Assembly (NCBI GenBank): GCA_964016885.1
Contig: OZ024742.1
Location: 335,978,001-336,042,000, forward strand
Length of the DNA stretch: 64,000 bases
DNA from: Eledone cirrhosa
Lineage: Eukaryota
Direction of reading: 5' to 3'
Below are positions 40,801 through 56,095 of the stretch, piece after piece. The number at the start of each line of letters is the position of its first letter. Positions within the stretch are counted from its first letter, which is position 1. The notes beneath the pieces are model-generated. The model did not search any database. It was not told the DNA's origin and was given only the letters and a program-made list of their open reading frames with translations. Made by a program: the position numbers and the translations under genes.

Positions 40801-43800
40801 AGCAGCAGTATTATTAATATCAACAGTAGCAGTAATAGTAGTTGCAGTAGTAACAACAGCAGCAGTATTAGTACCAACAGTAGCAGTAGTAGTAGTTGCA
40901 GTAGTAGCAACAGTAGCAGCAGTAGTATTAGTATGAACAGTAGCAGTAGTAGTAGTTGCAGTAGTACATAAGCAGCTGCAGTAGTATTAGTACAACAATA
41001 GGAACAGTAGTAGTAGTTGCAGTAGTAGAACAGCTGCAGTATTAGTATCAACAGTAGCAGTAGTAGTAGTAGTTACAGTAGAAGCAAGAGCAGCAGTAGT
41101 ATTACTCTCAACAGTATCACTAGTAGTATTTGCAGTAGTAGCCACAGCAGCAGCAGTAGTATTAGTATCAACACTAGCAGTAGTAGTAGTTACAGTAGTA
41201 GCAACAGCAGCAGTAGTATTACTCTCAACAGTAGCAGTAGTAGTAGTTGCAGTAGTACAACAGCAGCAGAAGTATTAGTATCAACAGTATCAGTAGTATT
41301 ATTTGCAGTAGTATTAGTATCAACAGTATCAGTAGTATTAGTTACAGTAGTAGCAACAGCAACAGTAGTATTAGTATCAACAGTAGCAGTACTAGTAGTT
41401 GAGTAGTACAACAGCAGCAATAGTATTAGTATCAACAGTAGCAGTAGTAGTAGTTTCAGTAGTACAACAGCTGCAGCAGTATTAGTATCAACAGTAGCAG
41501 TACTAGTAGTTGCAGTAGTTACAACAGCAGCAGTAGTATTACTCTCAACAGTAGCAGTAGTAGTAGTTACAGTAGTAGCAACAGAAGCAGTAGCATTAGT
41601 GTCAACAGTTGCAGTAGTAGCAGTTGCAGTAGTACAACAGCAGCAGTAGTATTAGTATCAACAGTAGCAGTAGTAGTAGTTGCAGTAGTACAACAGAAGC
41701 AGTAGAATTAGTATTAACAGTAGCAGTAGTAGTATTTGCAGTAGTAGCAACAGCTGCGGTAGTATTACTCTCAACAGTAGCAGTAGTAGTAGTTACAGTA
41801 GTAGCAACAGCAGCAGTAGTATTAGTGTCAACAGTAGCAGTAGTAGTAGTTGCAGTAGTACAACAGAAGCAGTAGAATTAGTATCAACAGTTGCAGTAGT
41901 AACAGTTGCAGTAGTACAACAGCAGCAGTAGTATTAGTATCAACAGTAGCAGTAGTAGTACTTGCAGTAGTAACAACAGCAGCAGTAGTATTAGTATTAA
42001 CAGTAGCAGTAGTAGTATTGGCAGTAGTAGCAACAGCAGTAGTAGTATTAGTATTAACAGTAGCAGTAGTAGTATTTGCAGTAGTAGCAACAGGAGCAGA
42101 AGTAGTATTAGTATCAACACTAGCAGTAGTAGTAGTTGCAGTAGTACAACAGTTGCAGTAGAATTAGTGTTAACAGCACCAGTAGTAGTAATTGCAGTAG
42201 TACAACAGCTGCAGTAGTATTAGTACCAACAGTAGCAGTAGTAGTAGTTGCAGTAGTACAATAGCTGCACTAGTATTCGTATCAACAGTAGCACTAGTAG
42301 TAGTTGCAGTAGTAGCCACAGCAGCAGTAGTAGTATTAGTATCAACAGTAGCAGGTAGTAGTAGTTGCAGTAGTACAACAGCAGCACTAGTATTAGTATC
42401 AACAGTAGCAGTAGTAGTAGTTGCAGTAGTACAACAGCAGCAATAGTATTACTATCAACAGTAGCAGTAGTAGTAGTTGCAGTAGTAACAACAGCAGCAG
42501 TAGTATTACTATCAACAGTAGCAGTAGTAGTAGTTGCAGTACTACAACAGCAGCAGTAGTATTACTATCAACAGTAGCAGTAGTAGTAGTTGCAGTAGTA
42601 CAACAGCAGCAGTAGTATTAGTATCAACAGTAGCAGGTAGTAGTAGTTGCAGTAGTACAACAGCAGCACTAGTATTAGTATCAACAGTAGCAGTAGTAGT
42701 AGTTGCAGTACTACAACAGCAGCAGTAGTATTAGTATCAACAGTAGCAGTAGTAGTATTTGCAGTAGTACAACAGCAGCAGTAGTATTAGTATCAACAGT
42801 AGCAGTAGTAGTAGTTGCAGTAGTACAACAGCAGCAGTAGTATTAGTATCAATAGTAGCAGTTGTAGTAGTTGCAGTACTACAACAGCAGCAGTAGTATT
42901 ACTATCAACAGTAGCAGTAGTAGTAGTTGCAGTAGTACAACAGCAGCAGTAGTATTAGTATCAACAGTAGCAGTTGTAGTAGTTGCAGTAGTACAACAGA
43001 AGCAGTAGAATTAGTATCAATAGTAGCAGTTGTAGTAGTTGCAGTACTACAACAGCAGCAGTAGTATTACTATCAACAGTAGCAGTAGTAGTAGTTGCAG
43101 TAGTACAACAGCAGCAGTAGTATTAGTATCAATAGTAGCAGTTGTAGTAGTTGCAGTACTACAACAGCAGCAGTAGTATTACTATCAACAGTAGCAGTAG
43201 TAGTAGTTGCAGTAGTACAACAGCTGCAGTAGTATTAGTATCAACAGTAGCAGTAGTATTAGTATCAACAGTAGCAGTAGTAGTAGTTGCAGTAGTACAC
43301 AGCAGCAGCAGTAGTAGTAGTTGCAGTAGCAGCAACAGCAGCAGCACTAGTATTAGTATCAACAGTAGCAGTAGAAGTAGTTGCAGTAGTACAACAGCTG
43401 CAGTAGTATTAGTATCAACAGTAGCAGTAGTAGTAGTTGCAGTAGTACAACAGCAGCAATAGTATTACTATCAACAGTAGCAGTAGTAGTAGTTGCAGTA
43501 GTAACAACAGCAGCAGTAGTATTACTATCAACAGTAGCAGTAGTAGTAGTTGCAGTAGTACAACAGCAGCACTAGTATTAGTATCAACAGTAGCAGTAGA
43601 AGTAGTTGCAGTAGTACAACAGCTGCAGTAGTATTAGTATCAACAGTAGCAGTACTAGTAGTTGCAGTAGTACAACAGCAGCAGTAGTATTTGTAGCAAC
43701 AGTAGCAGTAGTAGTAGTTGCAGTAGTACAACAGCAGCAGTAGTATTAGTATCAACAGTAGCAGTAGTAGTAGTTGCAGTAGTAGCAACAGCTGCGGTAG

Positions 43801-46800
43801 TATTAGTATCAACAGTAGCAGTACTAGTAGTTGCAGTAGTTACAACAGCAGCAGTAGTATTACTATCAACAGTAGCAGTACTAGTAGTTGCAGTAGTACA
43901 ACAGAAGCAGTAGAATTAGTATCAACAGTAGCAGTTGTAGTAGTTGCAGTAGTAGCAACAGCTGCGGTAGTATTAGTATCAACAGTAGCAGTACTAGTAG
44001 TTGCAGTAGTTACAACAGCAGCAGTAGTATTACTATCAACAGTAGCAGTACTAGTAGTTGCAGTAGTACAACTGCAGCAGTAGAATTAGTATCAACAGTA
44101 GCAGTACTAGTAGTTGCAGTAGTACAACAGCAGCAGTAGTATTAGTATGAACAGTATCAGTAGTAGTAGTTACAATAGTACCAACAGCTGCAGTAGTATT
44201 AGTATCAAGAGTAGCAGAAGAAGTAGTTGCAGTAGTACAACAGCAACAGTAGTATTAGTATCAACAGCTGCAGTAGTATTAGTATCAACAGTAGCAGTAG
44301 TAGTAGTTGCAGTAGTACAACAGAAGCAGTAGAATTAGTATTAACAGTAGCAGTAGTAGTATTTGCAGTAGTAGCAACAGCTGCGGTAGTATTACTCTCA
44401 ACAGTAGCAGTAGTAGTAGTTACAGTAGTAGCAACAGCAGCAGTAGTATTAGTGTCAACAGTAGCAGTAGTAGTAGTTGCAGTAGTACAACAGAAGCAGT
44501 AGAATTAGTATCAACAGTTGCAGTAGTAACAGTTGCAGTAGTACAACAGCAGCAGTAGTATTAGTATCAACAGTAGCAGTAGTAGTACTTGCAGTAGTAA
44601 CAACAGCAGCAGTAGTATTAGTATTAACAGTAGCAGTAGTAGTATTGGCAGTAGTAGCAACAGCAGTAGTAGTATTAGTATTAACAGTAGCAGTAGTAGT
44701 ATTTGCAGTAGTAGCAACAGGAGCAGAAGTAGTATTAGTATCAACACTAGCAGTAGTAGTAGTTGCAGTAGTACAATAGTTGCAGTAGAATTAGTGTTAA
44801 CAGCACCAGTAGTAGTAATTGCAGTAGTACAACAGCTGCAGTAGTATTAGTACCAACAGTAGCAGTAGTAGTAGTTGCAGTAGTACAATAGCTGCACTAG
44901 TATTCGTATCAACAGTAGCACTAGTAGTAGTTGCAGTAGTAGCCACAGCAGCAGTAGTAGTATTAGTATCAACAGTAGCACCAGTAGTAGTAGCAGTAGT
45001 ATTATTATCAACAGTAGCAGTACTAGTAGTTGCAGTAGTAACAACAGCAGCAGTAGTATTAGTATCAACAGCAGCAGTAGTAGTAGTTGCAGTAGTACAA
45101 CAGCAGCAGTAGTATTAGTATCAACAGTAGCAGTACTAGTAGTTGCAGTAGTAACAACAGCAGCACTAGTATTACTATCAACAGTAGCAGTAGTAGTAGT
45201 TGCAGTAGTAGCAACAGCAGCAGTAGTATTAGTATCAACAGTAGCAGTAGTAGTAGTTGCAGTATTACAACAGCTGCAGCAGTATTAGTATCAACAGTAG
45301 CAGTAGTAGTAGTTGCGGTAGTACAACTGCAGCAGTAGTATTAGTATCAACATTTGCAGTAGTAGTAGTTGCAGTAGTTCAACAGCAGCAATAGTATTAG
45401 TATCAACAGTAGCAGTTGTAGTAGTTGCGGTAGTACAACTGCAGCAGTAGTATTAGTATCAACAGTAGCAGTAGTAGTATTTGCAGTAGTAGCAACAGCA
45501 GCAGTAGTATTAGTATCAACAGTAGCAGTAGTAGTAGTTACAGTAGTAGTAACAACAGCAGTAGTATTAGTATCAACATTACCAGTAGTAGTATTTGCAG
45601 AAGTAGCAACAGTAGCAGCAGTAGTATTAGTATCAACACTAGCAGTAGTAGTAGTTGCAGTAGTACAACAGCAGCAGCAGTATTAGTATCAACAGTAGCA
45701 GTAGTAGTAGTTGCAGTACTACAACAGCAGCAGTAGTATTACTATCAACAGTAGCAGTAGTAGTAGTTACAGTAGTAGTAACAGCAGCAGTAGTATTAGT
45801 ATCAACAGTAGCAGTAGTAGTAGTTGCCATAGTACACAGCAGCAGCAGTAGTATTAGTGTTAACAGCAGCAGTAGTAGTAGTTGCAGTAGTAGCAGTAGT
45901 AGTAGTTGCAGTAGTACAACCTCAGCAGTAGTATTACTATCAACAGTAGCAGTAGTAGTTGTTGCAGTAGTACCACAGCAGCAGTAGTATTAGTATCAAC
46001 AGTAGCAGTAGTAGTAGTAACAATAGTAGCAGTAGTAGTAGTTGCGGTAGTACAACAGCAGCAGTAGTGTTAGTATCAATAGTAGTAGTAGTAGTAGTTG
46101 CAGTAGTAGCAACAGCAGCAGTAGTATTAGTATCAACAGTAACAGTAGTAGTATTTTCAGTAGTAGCACAGCAGCAGCAGTAGTATTAGTATCAACAGTA
46201 GCAGTAGTAGTAGTAGTTGCAGTATTACAACAGCTGCAGTAGTATTAATACCAACAGTAGCAGTAGTAGTAGTTGCACTACTACAACAGAAGCAGTAGTA
46301 TTAGTATCAACAGTAGCAGTAGTAGTAGTTACAGTAGTAGCAACAGCTGCGGTAGTATTACTCTCAACAGTAGCAGTAGTAGTAGTTGCAGTAGTAGCAC
46401 AGCAGCAGCAGTAGTATTAGTATCAACAGTAGCAGTAGTAGTATTTGCAGTAGTAGCAACAGCAGCAGTAGTATTAGTATCAACAGTAGCAGTAGTAGTA
46501 GTTGCAGTAGTAGCAACAGCAGCAGTAGTATTAGTATCAACAGTAGCAGTAGTAGTATTTGCAGTAGTAGCAACAGCAGCAGTAGTATTAGTGTCAACAG
46601 TAGCAGTAGTAGTATTTGCAGTAGTACAACACCAGCAGTAGTATTAGTATCAACAGTAGCAGTAGTAGTACTTGCAGTAGTACAACACCAGCAGTAGTAT
46701 TAGTATCAATAGTAGCAGTAGTAGTATTTGCAGTAGTAGCAACAGCAGCAGTAGTATTAGTATCAACAGTAGCAGTAGTAGTAGTTGCAGTAGTACAACA

Positions 46801-48866
46801 TCAGCAGTAGTATTAGTATCAACAGTAGCAGTTGTAGTAGTTGCAGTAGTACAACAGCTGCAGTAGTATTAGTATCAACAGTAGCAGTTGTAGTAGTTGC
46901 AGTAGTACAATAGCAGCAGTAGTATTAGTATCAACAGTAGCAGTAGTAGTAGTTGCAGTTGTACAACAGCTGCAGTAGTATTAGTATCAACAGTAACAGT
47001 AGTAGTAGTTGCAGTAGTACAACAACAGCAGTAGTATTAGTATAAACAGCTGCAGTAGTAGTAGTTGCAGTAGTACAATAGCAGCAGTAGTATTAGTATC
47101 AACAGTAGCAGTAGTAGTAGTTGCAGTAGTACAATAGCAGCAGTAGTATTAGTATCAACAGTAACAGTAGTAGTAGTTGCAGTAGTACAACAACAGCAGT
47201 AGTATTAGTATAAACAGCTGCAGTAGTAGTAGTTGCAGTAGTACAATAGCAGCAGTAGTATTAGTATCAACAGTAACAGTAGTAGTAGTTGCAGTAGTAC
47301 AACAACAGCAGTAGTATTAGTATAAACAGCTGCAGTAGTAGTAGTTGCAGTCTTACAACATCAGCAGTAGTAATAGTATCAACAGTAGCAGTTGTAGTAG
47401 TTGCAGTAGTAGTAGTTGCAGTAGTACAACAGCAGCAGTAGTATTAGTGTTAACATCTGCAGCAGTAGTAGTGTTAGCAGCAGCAGTAGTATTAGTATCA
47501 ACAGCTGCAGCAGTACTACTTGCAGTAGTACAACAGCAGCAGTAGTAGTAGGTGCAGTATTACAACAGCTGCAGTAGTATTAGTATCAACAGCTGCAGCA
47601 GTAGTAGTGTTAACAGCAGCATTAGTATTAATATCAACAGCTGCAGCACTAGTAGTTGCAGTCGTACACAGCAGCAGTAGTATTAGTATCAACAGCTGCA
47701 GCAGTAGTAGTTGCAGTCGTACACAGCAGCAGTAGTATTAGTACCAACAGCTGCAATATTAGTATCTACAGCTGCAGTAGTAGTGTTAACAGCAGCAGTA
47801 GTAGTAGTTGCAGTAGTACAACAGCTGCAGCAGTAGTAGTGTCAACAGTAGCAGTAGTAGTATCAACAGTAGCAGCAGTAGTAGTGTCAACAGTAGCAGT
47901 AGTAGTATCAACAGTAGCAGCAGTAGTAGTGTCAACAGTAGCAGTAGTAGTATCAACAGTAGCAGCAGTAGTAGTGTCAACAGTATCAGTAGTAGTATCA
48001 ACAGTAGCAGCAGTAGTAGTGTCAACAGTAGCAGTATTAGTATCAACAGTAGCAGCAGTAGTAGTGTTAACAGCAGCAGTAGTAGTACAACAGCTGCAGC
48101 AGTAGTAGTATCAACAGTAGCAGCAGTAGTAGTGTCAACAGTAGCAGTATTAGTATCAACAGTAGCTGCAGTAGTAGTGTTAACAGTAGCAGTAGTAGTA
48201 TCAACAGTAGCAGCAGTAGTAGTGTCAACAGTCGCAGTATTAGTATCAACAGTAGCAGCAGTAGTAGTGTTAACAGCAGCAGTAGTAGTAGTTGCAGTAG
48301 TACAACAGCTGCAGCAGTAGTAGTGTCAACAGTAGCAGCAGTAGTAGTGTCAACAGCTGCAGCAGTAGTAGTGTCAACAGTAGCAGTAGTAGTATCAACA
48401 GTAGCAGCAGTAGTAGTGTCAACAGTAGCAGTAGTAGTGTCAACAGTAGCAGCAGTAGTAGTGTTAACAGCAGCAGTAGTAGTAGTTGCAGTAGTACAAC
48501 AGCTGCAGCAGTAGTAGTGTCAACAGTAGCAGCAGTAGTAGTGTCAACAGCTGCAGCAGTAGTAGTGTCAACAGTAGCAGTAGTAGTATCAACAGTAGCA
48601 GCAGTAGTAGTGTCAACAGTAGCAGTAGTAGTGTCAACAGTAGCAGCAGTAGTAGTGTTAACAGCAGCAGTAGTAGTAGTTGCAGTAGTACAACAGCTGC
48701 ACAGTAGTAGTGTCAACAGTAGCAGCAGTAGTAGTGTCAACAGCTGCAGCAGTAGTAGTGTCAACAGTAGCAGTAGTAGTATCAACAGTAGCAGCAGTAG
48801 TAGTGTCAACAGTAGCAGTAGTAGTATCAACAGTAGCAGCAGTAGTAGTGTTAACAGCAGCAGTAG
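37850..48866. repeat. ~11-kb satellite, ~56-bp unit GCAGCAGTAGTATTAGTATCAACAGTAGCAGTAGTAGTAGTTGCAGTAGTACAACA; 21/24-bp subunits after ~47800
   Basis: Direct read; kb-scale internal duplications. Confidence 0.95.
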
Positions 48867-48949
48867 TGATGTAGAAGTGGTAGTGAAAGTAGTTGTGAAA
48901 GGTTTATCTAAATTTAGTAGCAGTAGCTAAGACACAGAGCTGCGGTCGA

Positions 48950-50572
48950 AATAATTGTTTCTACTTTTGGCACAAGGCCAGCCATTAACCAGTGCATTAC
49001 TGGTACTTTATTTTATCGACCCCGTAAGGATGAAAGGCAAAGTCAACCTCAGTGGGATTTGAACTGAGAATGGCAAGAGCCGTAACTCTATACGTCAAAG
49101 CATGGCGTCCTACCCTCTACCGATACTGCCAATCCACCGATAATAGAAACGACACATGCAGTGGTGGTTGTGTCACTATTTCCCAAAGTGGCTTCCACGA
49201 ATAAATCTGGGGTTTCGCCAAATATGGTGGATTTTAATAGAATTAAAAATATATTTGTAACTTTTATTATAAGTTGGCAGTATCGGTAGAGTGTCAGACG
49301 CCATGCTTTTCAGCATAGAGTTACAGCCCTTTACGTTCTGAGTTCAAATCCCGCCGACGTTAACTTTGTCTTTTATCCTTTCGGGGTGGATAAAATAAAG
49401 CCCCATAATGTAATGGGGTCAATTTAATCGACTTTCCCCTACTCCCAAATTACTGGTCTTGTGCCTATACTAGAAATCATTATATATTGGCAGTATCGAT
49501 AGAGCGTCAGAGGCCATGATTTGCAGCCTAGAGTCCTTTACGTTCTGAGTTCAAATCCCGCCGAAGTTAACTTTGCCTTTCATCCATACAGGATCGATAA
49601 AATAAAGCACCAGTAATGCATTGGGTCGATTTAATTGACTACTCCGCCCACCGCTTCTAATTGCTGGCCTTGTGCTTAAAGCATAAACAGTTCTATGTAG
49701 CAGTGGTCCAGTATTGTCAATAATAACAGCAATGACATTGAACATATTTAATGTTTAGTATCCTGCTTGGTATACTGTATATACTAGGATTGAGGGATAT
49801 ATGAACAATTTTGTAAACTGGGAAATTTATGTTTTGATAAATTAATGGTTTGCATAAGAGAAACCCTAGAATTTATGTCGATTTAATAACTTCCACACAC
49901 GGAAGAGGATAAGGATAAAAATGATATTTAAATAATTTATTTCTAGGACATAATTCCATAAATGCAAACCTGCCAACCCCTAAAAACCCAAACGGTGAAT
50001 ACCATGAATAAAAATGCTCCAAAACGAGGCAAACTAAGAAGATTTTACATTTTCACAAGAGAAAACATCTCTCACTCACCCGAAGTGGGTGGGAGATCTC
50101 CCCGTCGGACGAGGAAAGTTGACAGGCCTGTATATGTACAAATGACATACAAGATTGAATGTATGAATAACTTTGGAGAAGTAACTATTGGTAGGAACAA
50201 ATATATTGTTAGAACCCAGGATCTTGTGATTGAAAAGAAAACGTCTAATTGTAGCACCATAACTAAGATAGGAAATACATTGTATGTATGTTTGTGTTAT
50301 AGACGAAGATATAAATAAATATACAAATACACGTGGCGTATTATTATGATTATTATGTTTATGTGGGCGGTGGATTGGCAGAATCATTAGAGCGTCGGAC
50401 AAAATGCATTGCGGCAGTCTGTTACGTCTCTTTACGTTCAAATCACGCTGAGGTCAACTTTCAACTTTCCCAACTTGATAAAACAAAGAACCAGTCAAGT
50501 ACAGGACTCGATTTAATCGACTTTCCCTACTCCTCGAAATTGCTGGCCTTGTGCCGAAATTAGAAATAATTA
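48950..50572. mobile_element. SINE copies: 48950-49139 (-), 49275-49480 (+), 49487-49690 (+), 50363-50572 (+)
   Basis: Match to dominant SINE consensus. Confidence 0.85.
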
Positions 50573-50578
50573 TGCATA

Positions 50579-50850
50579 TGATTCTTACCTGAGACATTCT
50601 AACCACATGTCTGTAACATCAGAGTTGTGATATTACGGACATATGGTTAGAATGTCTCAGGAAAGAATCACTGGATATATTTTACGGGCAAAACCAACAG
50701 GGAGGAGACCGAGGGGTAGATGGTTGGATAACACCCATGAACTAGATCAAATGGAGACAGTTGCTTCTGATAGGAGCCGCTGAAAAGAGTGTTTGACGAC
50801 TCAACTCCTACGATTCTCCCAGGAATATGTGGACGAAGAAGATTGTGTGT
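50579..50850 (+). mobile_element. RTE 3' fragment with a 5' fold-back
   Basis: YYGHMVRMSQERITG..KPTGRRPRG homologous to 24290-24400; arms 50579-50621 / 50628-50670. Confidence 0.75.
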
Positions 50851-50909
50851 GTATATATACATATGTATGTGTGTGTATATATATATATGTGTATGTGTGT
50901 GTATTTATA

Positions 50910-51200
50910 AAATCATCATCATCATCATCATTTAATGTCTTTCTTCCATGGTTGTATAGGTTAGACAGGCTGGCATGTTATGAGACAATTCAGGTCAGGT
51001 GACCATGTCTTCTGTATTCTTGTGTGTACTGGGTGCTTTTTATCGAGGCATCAAAACAGCCATTTAACAGGGTGGGCGAGGAACCTCTTGTCATGTGACC
51101 AGTGCAACCACCTTACAGTGTGAAATAGGAGTTGTCTCTGTTATCAGTATGACCTAACAGAATGGACAAGGTGCTTTTGCTGTCGTGGCACCAGATCGTT
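50910..51200 (-). mobile_element. Old SINE/LINE 3' end with (ATG)n tail
   Basis: (CAT)n followed by TTAATGTCTTTCTTCCATGG; family recalled only. Confidence 0.4.
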
Positions 51201-51243
51201 ATACAGAGTGAGCAAAATACTTTTTTGTGTGTATATAAATGTG

Positions 51244-51332
<89 letters not shown>

Positions 51333-51813
51333 GAAAGGTATAGAAAATATTGTAGCAAAAAGCCAACAGTATTCCATAATATATAAGTGACTATAGCGTC
51401 AAAATGGGAAAAATAGTTATATATATATATGATAATAATGGAGCTGCGGCGCTGCAAATGGGTTACATATGAACAAGTTTGTCCTCATCAGTGGCCATCC
51501 AACCGTCGTAGGCATTTCGTCGCATTAAAGGCCATATACCTCAGGTTGGTGCGAGCAAGGGCTAAAAAAAAGTCGTTGGGACACGTAAATAAAGGGGACG
51601 CTAGGGTAAACAAACAAAATGGTTTAAGCAGCAGAAAGTGATGACGAAGGAAACAAGTCCCAGATTTCTACTAAATATAAATTCGGTGGAATCATGAACG
51701 AGAGAATAAAGACCATCAAACCTGGTTGAAATGTGAGCAAGGAAGGAATTTCGCACAGGTCTAACGGGAGGAAGAAGGGGTCTGGTCTGCGATCTAACGG
51801 GAGGAAGAAGGGG

Positions 51814-51912
<99 letters not shown>

Positions 51913-52149
51913 TATACAGAGAGAGAGAGACGTATATGGAAGCATGCACAATGTTTATGGGTAATAAACACAACATAAGTCCCACTAAGGGTATTTTAAG
52001 CTGTGATCATGTAACAATAAGCGTGTGAGAACGCCAAATACTAGTATTTTAAGACCCTTATCCATTTTCAGTGACGTTTACTCACTCGATACTAAGGCAA
52101 CTATGCAACTAATCATACAGACACATCAACGTATAACGATTGCAAAAAA

Positions 52150-54921
52150 CCAACACCACCATCATCACCTCCACCACCACGAACATCATCATCATCACCA
52201 ACATCACCACCACGAACATCATCATCATCACCAACATCACCACCACTACCACTGCCCCTTCGAAGCCCCACCACCACAACCACTACCACCAACACCACAA
52301 CCACCACCACCACCACCACCACCACCACCACCACTACCACCACAACCACCACCACCACAACCACCACCACTACCACCACCACCACCACCACCACCACCAC
52401 AACCACCACCACCACCACAACCACCACCACTACCACCACCACCACCACAACCACCACTACCACCCAACCACCAACACAACCACCACCACCACCACCACAA
52501 CCACCACCACCACTACCACCACAACCACCACAACCACCACAACCACCACAACCACCACCACTACCACCACCACAACCACCGCGACCACCCAACCACCACC
52601 ACCACAACCACCACCACCACCACCACCACCACAACCACCACCACCACAACCACCACCACCACCACAACCACCACCACCAACACCACCACCACCACCACCC
52701 AACCACCACCACAACCACCACCACCACCACAACCACCACCACCACCACCACCACCCAACCACCACCACAACCACCACCACCACCACCACCACCACCCAAC
52801 CACCACAACCACCACCACAACCACTACCACCACCAAAACCACCACCACTACCACCACCAGCACCACCACCACAACCACCACCACTACCACCACCACCACA
52901 ACCACTACCACCACCACCACCACCACCACCACCGCCACTACAACCACCACAACCACCGCCACCACCCAACCACCACCACAACCGCAACCACTACCACCAC
53001 CACCACCACCACCACCACCACAACCACTACCACCACCACTACAACCACCACCACCACCACAACCACCACCACCACCACAACCACCACCACTACCACCACA
53101 ACCACCACAACCACCACAACCACCACAACCACCACCACTACCACCACCACAACCACCGCGACCACCCAACCACCACCACCACAACCACCACCACCACCAC
53201 AACCACCACCACCACCACCGCAACCACCACCACCACCACAACCACCACCACCAACACCACCACCACCACCCAACCACCACCACCACCACCACCACCACCC
53301 AACCACCACCACAACCACCACCACCACCCAACCACCACCACCCAACCACCACCACAACCACCACCACCACCACAACCAACACCACCACCACCACCACCCA
53401 ACCACCACCACAACCACTACCACCACCACCACCACAACCACCACCACCACCACCACCACCCAACCACCACAACCACCACAACCACCACCACAACCACTAC
53501 CACCACCAAAACCACCACCACTACCACCACCAGCACCACCACCACAACCAGCACCACTACCACCACCACCACCACCACCACAACCACGACCACCACCACT
53601 ACCACCACGACCACCACCACCACCACCCAACCACCACCACGACCAACACCACCACCACCACCACCACCACCACCACCACCCAACCACCACAACCACCACC
53701 ACAACCACTACCACCACTAAAACCACCACCACTACCACCACCAGCACCACCACCACAACCACCACCACTACCACCACCACCACCACCACTACCAGCACCA
53801 CCACCACCACCGCCACTACAACCACCACCACTACCACCACCATCACCACCGCCACTACAACCACCACCACTACCACCCCACCACTACCACCGCCACTACA
53901 ACCACCACCACTACCACCACCATCACCACCGCCACTACAACCACCACCACCACCACCACAACCACCACCACCACTACCACCACCACCACTACCACCGCCA
54001 CTACAACCACCACCACTACCACCACCATCACCACCGCCACTACAACTACCACCACTACCACCACCACCACTACCACCGCCACTACCACCACCATCACCAC
54101 CGCCACTACAACCACCACTATCACCAGCAGCACCGTTATCAAGACCACCACCACCACCACCATCATCACCACACCAACACCACAACCACCACCACCACCA
54201 CCACCATCACCACGCCACCACCACCGCTACTACCACCACCACTACCACCACCACCACTACCACCACCGCCACTACAACCACCACTATCACCAGCAGCACC
54301 GTTACCAAGACCACCACCATCACCACGCCACCACCACTGCTACTACCACCACCACTACTACCACCACCCCGGCTAACACCATACCGCCACCACCACTACT
54401 ACTACCACCACCACCACCACCATTACCTCCACCACTACCACTACCAGCAACACAAGCACTACCACCATAACCAAGACCACCCCGGCTAACACCATACCGC
54501 CACCACCACTACTACCACCACCACCACCACCACCATTACCCCCACCACTACCACTACCAGCAACACAAGCACAACATGTACCCCCTCCCCACACATAAGC
54601 TATCAGTTTCAGCAACTTCAGCAGGAGATGCAATAGTGGTAGTAGTACTAGTAACAGCAGTAGTAGTGGTATTAGTAGAAGCTGCAGTAGTTGTTGTAGT
54701 AGAGGTAGTAGTATCAGCAGAGGCAACATTCGCAGTAGTACTAGCAGTAGTAGTAGCATAGCAGTAGTAGTAGTAGCATAGCAGCAGTAGTAGTAGCATA
54801 GCAGCAGTAGTAGTAGCAGTAGTAGTAGCATAGCAGCAGTAGTAGTAGCATAGCAGCAGTAGTAGTAGCAGTAGTAGTAGCATAGCAGCAGTAGTAGTAG
54901 CAGTAGTAGCAGTAGTAGCAA

Positions 54922-54954
<33 letters not shown>

Positions 54955-55078
54955 CAGTAGTGACAGTAGTGTTAGTAGTCGCCGCAGCAGTAGTAGTGGT
55001 AGCAGCAGTAGAAGTGGTGGCAGTAGTAGTGTAGCAGCAGCAGAGGCAGCGGCTGCAGTAGTTGTAATAGCTGCTGCT

Positions 55079-55167
<89 letters not shown>

Positions 55168-55185
55168 TGTTGTAGTAGTAGTGGC

Positions 55186-55223
<38 letters not shown>

Positions 55224-55330
55224 CAGTAGTAGAAGTGATGGTAGTAATAGTAGTAGTTCGAACATCATCACCAACAACAGCAGCAGTGGCATCATAATCA
55301 GTGCAACCACCAACAGCAGCAGCATTATTT
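52150..55330. repeat. (CCA/CAA/CTA)n field to ~54590, then (AGT/AGC)n
   Basis: Direct read. Confidence 0.95.
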
Positions 55331-55359
55331 CAGCATCTTCAATAGCAGCAGCACAAACC

Positions 55360-56095
55360 TCATCATACAAACACACATCTACGGACCTAGACACATAAAC
55401 ACTTTCATACACATACACATACAGACAGAAACACATATACACATATAAACACACAACCACATACAAGTACAGGCACACACACACATTATACACATATGCA
55501 CACAGACACGCAACAAAAACAAATACACACACACACATACATACACACACACACATACATACACACACAAACATATGAAAACGCTTGCAGACAAACAAAG
55601 ACACAGACAATACATGCACATATATAGATACAGACTTACATAACAGAGAAACACACACGCACATAGAACACATACACACTACACAGGCACTCACACACAC
55701 CTCACACATACTACAGACGCACGTACACACAGACTTCACAGACACACTCATATCTCACTGACACATACACTTCACAGACACACACATCTCACAGGCACAC
55801 AGACACACATATCTGATAGAGACACACACCTCACAGACACACACATCTCACAGACACAGATTCTCCCTTACACACACACACACACGCGCACATGCACACA
55901 GACCCACACACACACAAACACACACACACAGACACAGGCGCAGACACACACACAGACACACGCACACACACAAACACAGACACAGACACACACACACAAA
56001 CACACACACACTCACACACACACACAAGCACACACACGCACATGCCCACACACGAACCAACACCCAAACGCACACACACACACATACACACATAC
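55360..56095. repeat. Degenerate (CA)n
   Basis: Direct read. Confidence 0.9.

Noticed and set aside
29523-55751. Long low-complexity ORFs (705, 501, 783 aa etc.)
   Set aside because: Stop-free readings of trinucleotide satellites, open in several frames and strands.
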